DNA from: a virus
Virus record (IMG/VR): IMGVR_UViG_3300032313_001281
Span: 1-64,000 of that record
DNA length: 64,000 nucleotides
Direction: 5' to 3' (one strand)
Below the pieces are notes generated by a model. The model made no database searches, was not told where the DNA came from, and saw only the letters and a program-made list of their open reading frames with translations. Shown here one piece after another: positions 19,681 through 27,442 of the stretch. The translations under genes and the position numbers were made by a program. Each line of letters starts with the position of its first letter. Position 1 is the first letter of the stretch.

Positions 19681-20838
19681 TCAGACTGTGCTAGAGATAT
19701 CACTGATTTCGCCAAGATATCTGCCAATGGAAAATTTTGGTTTAACCCCACCAACATACATGTTGTTTTCTCTCATCTCATTGACCGGAACCACCGAGTT
19801 CATATACTGCATGCCTTGACGCCAAATCCTTAAAAAATCAGAATTCTCATCACGATGAAACCAACTATCCCATTCTCTCAGAAAACCATGACTGGATTTT
19901 TCACAATCCCAGTGCGGTAAAAATCTTTTGGGATAAATTACAGATGCTATCCAGTCCTGAATGTTGCGACTGCTCCAATTGATTAAGAGTTTGTCTGCAT
20001 GCGATTTACCATTTTGCATGCGATTTAATGCCGTCAAAACCAGATGACCTTGTTTGCACAGCAGTTCGCCAGCCGAAGGAGCCCAATAAAAATGTTCAAT
20101 AAAATTATAGTTGCTATTGTTGTTGCGCAAGGGATTCTGTCGATTCAAATTTTCATCATCAAATACCAGGTGCAGGCCATTCCCTCGGCGAAAAAATCTG
20201 GGTTTTTCCATGCCTGTGATATGTGCTACAGTCTTGCCTTGATCCACCATCTTGGTGTATCTTTGATCCAAACAATTTGGGGTCGAAAGTACCAACATGC
20301 CAGGATCTAAATTGTTGTATTCTTCAAACCAGGCAGGGTTGTCTCTCATGATATCAACGGCTAATTGTTTGGTTTCTACTACGGTAATTTTTAGATCAGG
20401 TTGATATTGTTCTTTGAAAATTTTTGCAGCAGGAACAGCAGCAATGCCGATTTCGGCATAGGTATTTTTCGCAGATCTAACTGTGGAATCTTGGATGCTG
20501 TCAGAAAAAGGACCACGTGTAACCACTTCATCTAGTTTGATATCATTAACAGCAAAGGTCTGCAATATATTTCCACTGTCATGTCCACCACTGAGATGCA
20601 GGACAAGATAATCGTATTTGTTTCTGATTTCTTGTGCTCGTTGCGTATATAAATCTTGTATGCTAGATTTCGGCTCAACAGACCAATCTATTAGATCAAA
20701 GTAATCGTTGTTAAAACACCATGAAAAATCTAAACCATGCGCCTTACAGTGCAAAATACATTCTAGTTTGTTGTAAAACTTTTTTTTGTCGGATGATAGA
20801 TAGTAACCGTATCTGTCAAAGTCAAATATGCTATACAT
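19681..20838 (-). CDS. PP-loop (adenine nucleotide alpha-hydrolase) family protein
   Basis: LHLSGGHDS, DEVV, GMEKP, FYWAP...LLCKQGH. Confidence 0.7.
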   Translation of the reverse strand: MYSIFDFDRYGYYLSSDKKKFYNKLECILHCKAHGLDFSWCFNNDYFDLIDWSVEPKSSIQDLYTQRAQEIRNKYDYLVLHLSGGHDSGNILQTFAVNDIKLDEVVTRGPFSDSIQDSTVRSAKNTYAEIGIAAVPAAKIFKEQYQPDLKITVVETKQLAVDIMRDNPAWFEEYNNLDPGMLVLSTPNCLDQRYTKMVDQGKTVAHITGMEKPRFFRRGNGLHLVFDDENLNRQNPLRNNNSNYNFIEHFYWAPSAGELLCKQGHLVLTALNRMQNGKSHADKLLINWSSRNIQDWIASVIYPKRFLPHWDCEKSSHGFLREWDSWFHRDENSDFLRIWRQGMQYMNSVVPVNEMRENNMYVGGVKPKFSIGRYLGEISDISSTV

Positions 20839-21776
20839 CAGTTTGGTTCCAAAATCTTCATTTGATCATTTATCATACGCCATTGATGAGCTTGTTTTTT
20901 TACCTGTGTTTCAAAAGTGCCATCTAGCACAGACATCACCGCCATTCCTTGTTCGTGTGCCTGTTTTTGAAAATCTTTTGAAAAAACATGTCGTGAATAT
21001 TTTTTCCTAAGTTCTTGGATTTGTGCTTGGTCTAACTTACTGTTTACTGCCAGTGCTGACCAGTTGTAAAAAACGAATCCATCCAGCCAATCATGCATCA
21101 ACGGATACTGATTGAATCGAGAATCGTTTGGTGCTGATCCCAATGCCATTATGTCAATGTCTTTGCCTATGTTTGCAGCTACAATGCCCAGATTATCTAG
21201 CATGATATCAATGTGTCCACCCAACAGTGCAGCTTTCACATCGCCGCTGCCTTTGAAAGGAACTACAATCAACTCGTGTGCTGTGTATTTTTGCATCCAA
21301 CGTGCAAAAAATTCATGTGCGGTCCCGCCCACACCAATGGTTATACTCAACCTGTTGTTGGTAGGCCCAAATAATTCTTTCATTGTTTTGACCTTGCTGG
21401 TTTTTGTGTTGATTGCCATGACCTCGGGACTGGCCAGAAAGGGAGAAATTATAGTCAAGTCTCGCAAAGGGTCAATTTTTTTGGTGCGCATGGGTTCAAA
21501 CAGTATTATACCTGGCCCCACGCCGATCAAGGAGGTTGCATCCGGTGGCAATGTCAGATAAGCATGGTAGCCTACTAGTCCGCCTGCACCTGCACGATTT
21601 TGGATTATGGTTCGTGTGTTATCGTATTTGTCTGAAAAGTTGGCTAGTTGTCTGGACCACAGGTCAACATTTCCACCCGTAGAAAAGGGAACGATGATTG
21701 TAGTATTGGCTATGGCCATGTTGCCAAACAAGCACAAGATAGCCGTGACCAATACCAAAGTGAGTTTTTTAATCAT
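20838..21776 (-). CDS. Tripartite tricarboxylate transporter substrate-binding protein (Bug/TctC family)
   Basis: Signal peptide, IIVPFSTGGNVD, NRAGAGGLVG, VPFKGSGD..AALLGGHID. Confidence 0.85.
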   Translation of the reverse strand: MIKKLTLVLVTAILCLFGNMAIANTTIIVPFSTGGNVDLWSRQLANFSDKYDNTRTIIQNRAGAGGLVGYHAYLTLPPDATSLIGVGPGIILFEPMRTKKIDPLRDLTIISPFLASPEVMAINTKTSKVKTMKELFGPTNNRLSITIGVGGTAHEFFARWMQKYTAHELIVVPFKGSGDVKAALLGGHIDIMLDNLGIVAANIGKDIDIMALGSAPNDSRFNQYPLMHDWLDGFVFYNWSALAVNSKLDQAQIQELRKKYSRHVFSKDFQKQAHEQGMAVMSVLDGTFETQVKKQAHQWRMINDQMKILEPN

Positions 21777-21808
21777 TTTTTTTCTTCAAATAAAAATTTT
21801 GTTGCGTG

Positions 21809-22093
21809 TTATCGGCCACGTCCAGCACTTCGTGTGGGTGGTTTTTTGCCTGTGGGCGGCGCAGTCTTGACCTTCTTGACTTTAATATCGGTAGCGGCCA
21901 CATCACTGCCGTCCACGTGGGTCTTGCCCTGTTTCTTTTCCAGGGCACGGGCCAGGGTTTCAGACATCTTGCTCATTTCTCTATCCTTTCGTTTTTGATC
22001 TAGCCGATCTAACAAGGCCAGCAATTCTGTTTTAGTAAGTGTTTTGCCCCAGGTGGGCTTGGTCTGTGTAGTTTTGGATTTTTTAGTTGCCAT
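21809..22093 (-). CDS. Small, highly basic hypothetical protein
   Basis: K/R-rich 94-aa ORF directly after tRNA-Thr. Confidence 0.6.
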   Translation of the reverse strand: MATKKSKTTQTKPTWGKTLTKTELLALLDRLDQKRKDREMSKMSETLARALEKKQGKTHVDGSDVAATDIKVKKVKTAPPTGKKPPTRSAGRGR

Positions 22094-22098
22094 ATTTT

Positions 22099-22173
<75 letters not shown>

Positions 22174-22178
22174 CGATA

Positions 22179-22397
22179 CTATTCTGCCACAGTTTCTGCT
22201 ACCGCCGGCGCCCGATAGCTGGAACGACCTTTTAGTTCTGCGATTCTGCGTGTAATTTTTGCCACATGACGTTTGCGAGACGAAGTCAACAGCTTTTCCA
22301 ATTGTGCCACATTGAGTGGTCCCAAGCGTGGGTTACCATTCTTGGTACGCATAGGATCTGCCTTGCGTGATTTTTGTCCTGTTTTGTTGCTGGCCAT
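22179..22397 (-). CDS. Small basic hypothetical protein
   Basis: 72-aa ORF with AAGGAG RBS. Confidence 0.7.
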   Translation of the reverse strand: MASNKTGQKSRKADPMRTKNGNPRLGPLNVAQLEKLLTSSRKRHVAKITRRIAELKGRSSYRAPAVAETVAE

Positions 22398-22454
22398 GTA
22401 TTACTCCTTGTTTTGCATCTGTACTTATTTTGCATGACCACTGATAAAAATATT

Positions 22455-22529
22455 TGGTACACCCTAGGAGAATCGAACTCCTCTTCCGCCCGTGAAAGGG
22501 GCGTGTCCTAACCGATAGACGAAGGGTGC
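22455..22529 (-). tRNA. tRNA-Glu(UUC)
   Basis: GCACCCT/AGGGTGT acceptor, loop CTTTCAC, GTTCGATTC, CCA. Confidence 0.93.
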
Positions 22530-22532
22530 AGG

Positions 22533-22688
22533 TTATTTCATGTGTTGTTGTTGGGCAAACTGCTTTAGTATCAGATGTGTTTGTTTTTTAGCCGCTGCAA
22601 TACTTCTACTGGCGGCCGAACGCTTTTCGGTCTTTGACCACTGTCCAGCGATAGTTCGACTCAATTCACCTGCTGATTGCTTTTTCAT
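22533..22688 (-). CDS. Small basic hypothetical protein, 51 aa (not in ORF track)
   Basis: MKKQSAGELSRTIAGQWSKTEKRS...; AAGGA RBS after the rpoZ stop. Confidence 0.6.
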   Translation of the reverse strand: MKKQSAGELSRTIAGQWSKTEKRSAASRSIAAAKKQTHLILKQFAQQQHMK

Positions 22689-22698
22689 ATGGGTTCCT

Positions 22699-22920
22699 TT
22701 ATTTTACCTTGGCCATGTAATCGATCATGTTTAACTGACCGGCTTGCGCCTCCAGCAATGCATCAATGGGTGTGACATACTGATTGGTTTCGCGAGCACG
22801 GCGTTTCATTTCTCTCAGGCGTTGTGCGGCGGCGATCACAAGATCATAACGACCACCGGCATGTTTAACACAGCGTTCGGTATCAATTTGACCATTACGA
22901 CTTTCGATTCTTACACTCAT
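22699..22920 (-). CDS. rpoZ: RNA polymerase omega subunit homologue
   Basis: ERCVKHAGGRYDLVIAAAQRLRE...TPIDALLEAQAG matches the omega pattern (NRY/F-x-LV-xx-AxxRARQ...ALxEI). Confidence 0.75.
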   Translation of the reverse strand: MSVRIESRNGQIDTERCVKHAGGRYDLVIAAAQRLREMKRRARETNQYVTPIDALLEAQAGQLNMIDYMAKVK

Positions 22921-22941
22921 GATTTCTCCTTGTAAAATACA

Positions 22942-22970
22942 ATTATACTACAAAATTTTTTGTGTGTCAA
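22942..22970 (-). promoter_or_regulatory. Consensus sigma70 promoter for the rpoZ/tRNA-Glu/tRNA-Thr unit
   Basis: TTGACA-17 nt-TATAAT. Confidence 0.88.
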
Positions 22971-23047
22971 TGGTACCCCGGGAAGGATTTGAACCTTCAA
23001 CAGCTCCCTTCTGAGGAGAGTGCGTCTACCAATTGCGCCACCGGGGT
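22971..23047 (-). tRNA. tRNA-Leu(CAG) with a short variable loop
   Basis: ACCCCGG/CCGGGGT acceptor, loop CTCAGAA, GTTCAAATC, CCA; 77 nt. Confidence 0.88.
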
Positions 23048-23093
23048 TTTTACTACATGACCTGTGTGGTATTTATTTCACCCCAGTGATTGG

Positions 23094-24137
23094 CTAACTG
23101 GGATTTTTACGTTTGAACTGGATCTTTTTATTGGTGGCTTTGAATCTTGTCACGGTCATGTTTTCCGGGCAAAGACTGCATTGTGGCACAGGTACGGCAC
23201 TGCGCAGATCATCCACAAATGATTCCAACTGATCGGTTGGCCAATCAACTTCGGCCGGCACATATGATTCTATTAGATGTCGTTGAGCAACTGACATGGT
23301 TACCGGAAACTGCTTGATGAAATCCGGTAGTATGCCCACGGGCCCGCATTTATAAAGTTTGCCCTTGATTATGTGATGGCATTTTTTAAAATAGCATACC
23401 TCCATGGCTCGCACGGGATCACTGTTGTGCAGAAACAGTCCGTGATTCACGGGATCATATGTCACAGTGGAAGTATTGAAACTGTCTGCCATGGCCAATT
23501 CAACCCTGATGCCATTGCGATCAACTATGCGATGGGTGAAGACTTCGCGAGACCAGATTTTGGGACTGAAATGATGTATGTCGTGGCATTCCTTCTGTAT
23601 GTGTATGGGCAAATCAAAAAAGTCATCCAGTGTGGCACAATCCGGCCAGCTGTCGTCGCGGATCCTGTGATAGCAAGAATTCCAAAGATTGAGCATACGT
23701 TGATCAACTAAGACATGTGCTGGATCGACCACGTCATCTAAAAAATCCATGATGTTGCGAGATATTTCAGATTTTGAATCTAGATTATGGCAATTGACTT
23801 CTAACATTATGCGACCGTTGTGTTCCAGCAACACATCGTACAACTGAGGCCAGCGAGCAAACTGTGTGCCATTGGTTATTATCTTGATCTTGCTGTGTGG
23901 CCATAGACTGGCGATGCCCTTGACCCATAACAGGAAATCTGGGTTGGTCATGGGTTCGCCGCCCAGTATTCCAACAGTGTCAAGATCTAGCAACTGGGCC
24001 CATTTCTGATTTTGGCTGACATGATCCTGCCAGCGAGTGTGCCCGGAAAAACTGTAATTGTTGCAGCGATTACAATTTGGACAGTTGAGATTGCACACAT
24101 TGGTTATATAAAATTCAGTATAGTCTAGCTTGAGCAT
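23094..24137 (-). CDS. Radical SAM protein with an inserted 'DxSWP' module
   Basis: CNLNCPNC, LGGEP, ITNG, C-terminal C..C..CSLC. Confidence 0.88.
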   Translation of the reverse strand: MLKLDYTEFYITNVCNLNCPNCNRCNNYSFSGHTRWQDHVSQNQKWAQLLDLDTVGILGGEPMTNPDFLLWVKGIASLWPHSKIKIITNGTQFARWPQLYDVLLEHNGRIMLEVNCHNLDSKSEISRNIMDFLDDVVDPAHVLVDQRMLNLWNSCYHRIRDDSWPDCATLDDFFDLPIHIQKECHDIHHFSPKIWSREVFTHRIVDRNGIRVELAMADSFNTSTVTYDPVNHGLFLHNSDPVRAMEVCYFKKCHHIIKGKLYKCGPVGILPDFIKQFPVTMSVAQRHLIESYVPAEVDWPTDQLESFVDDLRSAVPVPQCSLCPENMTVTRFKATNKKIQFKRKNPS

Positions 24138-24156
24138 TGCTGTATATATACACAAA

Positions 24157-24233
24157 TGGTCTCGGTGGCAACAATCGAACCTTCAACAGCTCCCTTCTGA
24201 GGAGAATACGTCTACCTGTTGCGCCACCGGGGT
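24157..24233 (-). pseudogene. Chimeric pseudo-tRNA (5' tRNA-Leu(CAG), 3' tRNA-Pro-like end)
   Basis: The first 57 nt are 53/57 identical to tRNA-Leu at 22991-23047. The 3' end ...GCCACCGAGACCA cannot rebuild the T-stem or the acceptor stem. Confidence 0.75.
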
Positions 24234-24292
24234 ATAGTGCAGGGATTCCACCTGCGCCCACTTCACTTTAGAGTCTGCGTGTCCAAGACTTG

Positions 24293-24907
24293 TTACATGG
24301 TTACTTGTGTAGTGCCATTTCCGTTTTTAAATCCTACAGTACCACCTTCGGCTTCAATCCTCTTGATAACGTCTTCAAACAGGATAGGCGCAAAGTCAGG
24401 AGTTTGTTCCACGCACACACAGTGATATCTTGTATCGATCTCGTTGCTGTATAGCGTTTCTCCGGTTCTAGCATCTACACCACGGGCACGCATCACACGA
24501 TTTGCATGCGTGTGTCCGTGTATGTTGACACCAAACCGCCCCAGACTGGCTTCGTGTACAGGAATATGGCTGAGAATCATGCCGTTCATCACATGGTAAG
24601 CACGCAGTTCACGGAAGTGTTCACGATAGTCAGTGTCCCGGAAGATGTCGTGGTTACCGCGGATCAGGACCTTGTCACCGTTGAGACGGGCTAGGGTGGC
24701 CAAGGCTCTACGATTGATCACCACATCACCCAAGTGATACACCTTGTCGTTGGGACGCACACGATCATTCCAAGCCGCAATCATGGCTTCGTCCATTTCC
24801 TCTGCCGAATCCCAGGGACGAAGCGGTGTGCAACCATCGCTACGTGTGAAGCGACATACGCCGGCATGGCCAAAGTGTGTGTCGCTGACTAAAAATACTG
24901 CTGGCAT
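24293..24907 (-). CDS. Calcineurin-like metallophosphoesterase
   Basis: SDTHFGH, HLGD, GNHD, LSH, HGHTH; AAGGAGG RBS before MPAVF. Confidence 0.92.
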   Translation of the reverse strand: MPAVFLVSDTHFGHAGVCRFTRSDGCTPLRPWDSAEEMDEAMIAAWNDRVRPNDKVYHLGDVVINRRALATLARLNGDKVLIRGNHDIFRDTDYREHFRELRAYHVMNGMILSHIPVHEASLGRFGVNIHGHTHANRVMRARGVDARTGETLYSNEIDTRYHCVCVEQTPDFAPILFEDVIKRIEAEGGTVGFKNGNGTTQVTM

Positions 24908-24932
24908 ACATGCCTCCTTTCTATGCAAAACA

Positions 24933-25006
24933 TGGCGCCGGCCTAGGGAATTGAACCCCAATTAACGGTTTTGGAGACCGCTGTAATGCCATTATACCAG
25001 ACCGAC
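24933..25006 (-). tRNA. tRNA-Trp(CCA)
   Basis: Loop CTCCAAA, GTTCAATTC, G73 discriminator, CCA. Confidence 0.9.
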
Positions 25007-25007
25007 C

Positions 25008-25085
25008 TGGAAGTGAGGGTCGGATTTGAACCGACGGCTTTAGGGATTTGCAGTCCCTTGCATTGGGCCTCTCTGCCACCTCACT
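25008..25085 (-). tRNA. tRNA-Cys(GCA)
   Basis: AGTGAGG/CCTCACT acceptor, loop CTGCAAA, U73 discriminator, CCA. Confidence 0.92.
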
Positions 25086-25091
25086 GTTGTT

Positions 25092-25165
25092 TGGTTGCGG
25101 GTGATGGAATCGAACCACCAACTGGAGCTTATGAGACTCCCGAGATACCGTTTCTCTAACCCGCG
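25092..25165 (-). tRNA. tRNA-Met(CAU), initiator type
   Basis: CGCGGGT/ACCCGCA acceptor with C1xA72 mismatch, loop CTCATAA, CCA. Confidence 0.88.
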
Positions 25166-25171
25166 TCTGTT

Positions 25172-25345
25172 TCACTGTTCTTGTTGCATTCTACGAAATT
25201 GCTCTTGCGCCCGAATCATTGCGGCCGCACGATCAATCTTGTTTTGAAACAGCCGTTGCTTTTGATCTTCGTTCAAAAAAACCGAAGTATGGTCATACGC
25301 TTGTTTCACAATCTGATCGTTTAATTTTGTATAATCAATCGACAT
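25172..25345 (-). CDS. Small hypothetical protein, 57 aa (not in ORF track)
   Basis: MSIDYTKLNDQIVKQAYDHTSVFLNEDQKQRLFQ...; TAAGGA RBS. Confidence 0.6.
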   Translation of the reverse strand: MSIDYTKLNDQIVKQAYDHTSVFLNEDQKQRLFQNKIDRAAAMIRAQEQFRRMQQEQ

Positions 25346-25358
25346 CTTTTTTTTCCTT

Positions 25359-25394
25359 AAAATAAAAAACCCCGGAGTTGTTAGTTCCAGGGTC
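25359..25394 (-). terminator. Intrinsic terminator in the leader of the tRNA operon (attenuator)
   Basis: GACCCTGGA-ACTAACAAC-TCCGGGGTT followed by TTTTATTTT. Confidence 0.85.
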
Positions 25395-25419
25395 TTTGAA
25401 TATGATATAATATGCTATA

Positions 25420-25521
25420 CTATTCGTTGCCCTGAATTTTTTCTTCACAAATGGACCATAGACCCACACTCCCATTTAAATTGGGTTGTGGTACAAGATG
25501 GGCGACTTTGCGATTCAACAT
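25420..25521 (-). CDS. Putative attenuator leader peptide, 33 aa
   Basis: MLNRKVAHLVPQPNLNGSVGLWSICEEKIQGNE*. ATG is 7 nt downstream of the -10 box; the stop codon lies inside the predicted antiterminator. Confidence 0.6.
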   Translation of the reverse strand: MLNRKVAHLVPQPNLNGSVGLWSICEEKIQGNE

Positions 25522-25527
25522 AGTAGT

Positions 25528-25556
25528 ATTATATATGATTATTTATACCTTGTCAA
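25528..25556 (-). promoter_or_regulatory. Consensus sigma70 promoter (with embedded TATAAATA) for the tRNA operon
   Basis: TTGACA-AGGTATAAATAATCATA-TATAAT. Confidence 0.88.
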
Positions 25557-25580
25557 CCTGGGCTATCCATAAATATTCCT

Positions 25581-26609
25581 ATGCTTGATCTAGCCGATGT
25601 ACGTCAAGTTCAAATTGAACTAACCACCCGTTGCAATGCCCGTTGTCCAATGTGTATGAGAAACTATCGTGGATACGATTACAACAGCGGGTATCCTGAG
25701 ACTGAACTTTCTTTGGAAGATATCAAAAAAATATTACCTGTTGAATTTTTAAAACAGTTGACCAAATGCATCAGCTTCAATGGTAATTTGGGAGATTTTG
25801 GTCTGGCACGCGATGCTCAAGAAATTGTGCATTATTTAACAGACTTGGATGTTCCGGTCCGTATCAACACCAATGGCAGCATGCGCACACCCGATTGGTG
25901 GGCCAATTTGGCCAGACCCGAAGTCACAATTGGTTTTGCACTGGATGGCATTGATCAACCTACGCATGCTCTGTATCGTCAAGACACAAATTGGGATACA
26001 GTTATAAAAAATGCCAAAGCATTTATATCTGCTGGGGGTAAAGCCATTTGGAGATTCATTCCCTTTGATCACAATCGTCATCAAGAATCTGCTTGCCGGC
26101 AAATGGCCCAGGACCTGGGATTTGCCATATTTGAAAACATTGATGAAGGCCGCAATCGTGGTGCTGTGTATACAAGATCGGGAGAATTCAGTCACTGGCT
26201 AGGGGAACCGTGGACTGAACAAGAAAGAATCAATCCTACTCCAGTGAAGCAGTTGCTTGACCATCATGTTACTTGGTTTGATACTAAAACCGTGCTGTCA
26301 GAAAAAGACACTCAACCACTGAATTTAATCTGTCAACACAAACGTCTTGAAGAGATATACATAGCTGCCGACGGCACAGTGTGGCCTTGTTGTTTTTTAG
26401 GGTTTTATCCGGCTACCATGCACCATCCTGGCAACAGTCAGTTGGCACCTCTGGTGGCAGAAAACAATGCCTTGGAATATGATCTAGCTCACTGTATGGC
26501 CTGGTTTAGCAGAGTAGAAGAAACCTGGAGCAAAAACAGCATAGCTGAAGGGCGTCTGTATGGGTGTGTGAACAGTTGCGCAAACAATAAATCAAATTAC
26601 CCTGGGTGA
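25581..26609 (+). CDS. Radical SAM protein with C-terminal SPASM/twitch domain
   Basis: CNARCPMC, GNLGD, TNGS, ALDG, IYIAADGTVWPCCFLG. Confidence 0.9.
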   Translation: MLDLADVRQVQIELTTRCNARCPMCMRNYRGYDYNSGYPETELSLEDIKKILPVEFLKQLTKCISFNGNLGDFGLARDAQEIVHYLTDLDVPVRINTNGSMRTPDWWANLARPEVTIGFALDGIDQPTHALYRQDTNWDTVIKNAKAFISAGGKAIWRFIPFDHNRHQESACRQMAQDLGFAIFENIDEGRNRGAVYTRSGEFSHWLGEPWTEQERINPTPVKQLLDHHVTWFDTKTVLSEKDTQPLNLICQHKRLEEIYIAADGTVWPCCFLGFYPATMHHPGNSQLAPLVAENNALEYDLAHCMAWFSRVEETWSKNSIAEGRLYGCVNSCANNKSNYPG

Positions 26610-26626
26610 TTGATACCACAATAACA

Positions 26627-27442
26627 TTATTGTATGCTGTGGTCCTGAGTTATGCGTCTATGCCAATTTTCAGCTATGAGCTCTTGACTGTAGGGACTGC
26701 CATGATAGCCTGGATCTTGGCCTTCAAAGCTGTTGTTGCCAGTGAGTGGTAACACACTTTCGCGTTCATTGAGCATGATATATTGATCGGGCAACATGCT
26801 AGGAAAGGCTTGACGCCATTGCTTGGTATTGTCGGGATCCCATGGCCATAGCAGACTGGGTTGTACAAAAAATGCCAGGCCATCAAAATACATCTGCAAG
26901 ATGCCTTCCACAATGATCCATTCGTCTTGTTGTTTTTTCCAGTTGCTGTCATACAGCTGGTCAATGTAGTATTTCATTGCTGTTTGAGTTTCTTTGGGAA
27001 TTAGATCCAAGCGATATGGATGCGTTCCGTTGTCGGCCAAAGTAAAAATAGTCTCGCATATCATGTTTGCCGGTTCGTTGCCATAGTTCACATTGCGAAT
27101 GCCGGCCAGGCGATCATACCCGTTGCCTAGCGCACGATTTTGCAAGTGGTTCTGTAGATGATTTTGATCGCGCTGTGTTTGTTTGGGCCATTCAAAGTTG
27201 GCACCACGGGCAGGAATTTCCATCCGGTCCCAGAATGTGGGAGTCACAATGGCAAAGTCCGGACGCTGTCTGCGGATTTCTTCCATTTGGATCCTGATGC
27301 CACCATTGGAGCATCCTTGCCGGGCTAGATTGGTCAGACGCCAGCCCAGGCGGTGGGCCAGACGTTCGCTCCAGCTGGTGCCAGGTAATTTTTGACTGGG
27401 TGCGCTGTAACTGCAACCTGCTACCATTAGGTGTTTTTGCAT
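26627..27442 (-). CDS. SGNH-hydrolase-like protein
   Basis: GCSYS, NLARQGCSN, DPGYH. Confidence 0.65.
   Translation of the reverse strand: MQKHLMVAGCSYSAPSQKLPGTSWSERLAHRLGWRLTNLARQGCSNGGIRIQMEEIRRQRPDFAIVTPTFWDRMEIPARGANFEWPKQTQRDQNHLQNHLQNRALGNGYDRLAGIRNVNYGNEPANMICETIFTLADNGTHPYRLDLIPKETQTAMKYYIDQLYDSNWKKQQDEWIIVEGILQMYFDGLAFFVQPSLLWPWDPDNTKQWRQAFPSMLPDQYIMLNERESVLPLTGNNSFEGQDPGYHGSPYSQELIAENWHRRITQDHSIQ

Noticed and set aside
24921-25175. ORF-track ORFs of 84 aa (-) and 62 aa (+)
   Set aside because: They overlay three well-formed tRNA genes.
25420-25521. Leader peptide as a deliberate sampler of all codons (27 distinct of 33)
   Set aside because: About 25-26 distinct codons are expected by chance for 33 draws from 61, so this is not evidence by itself.
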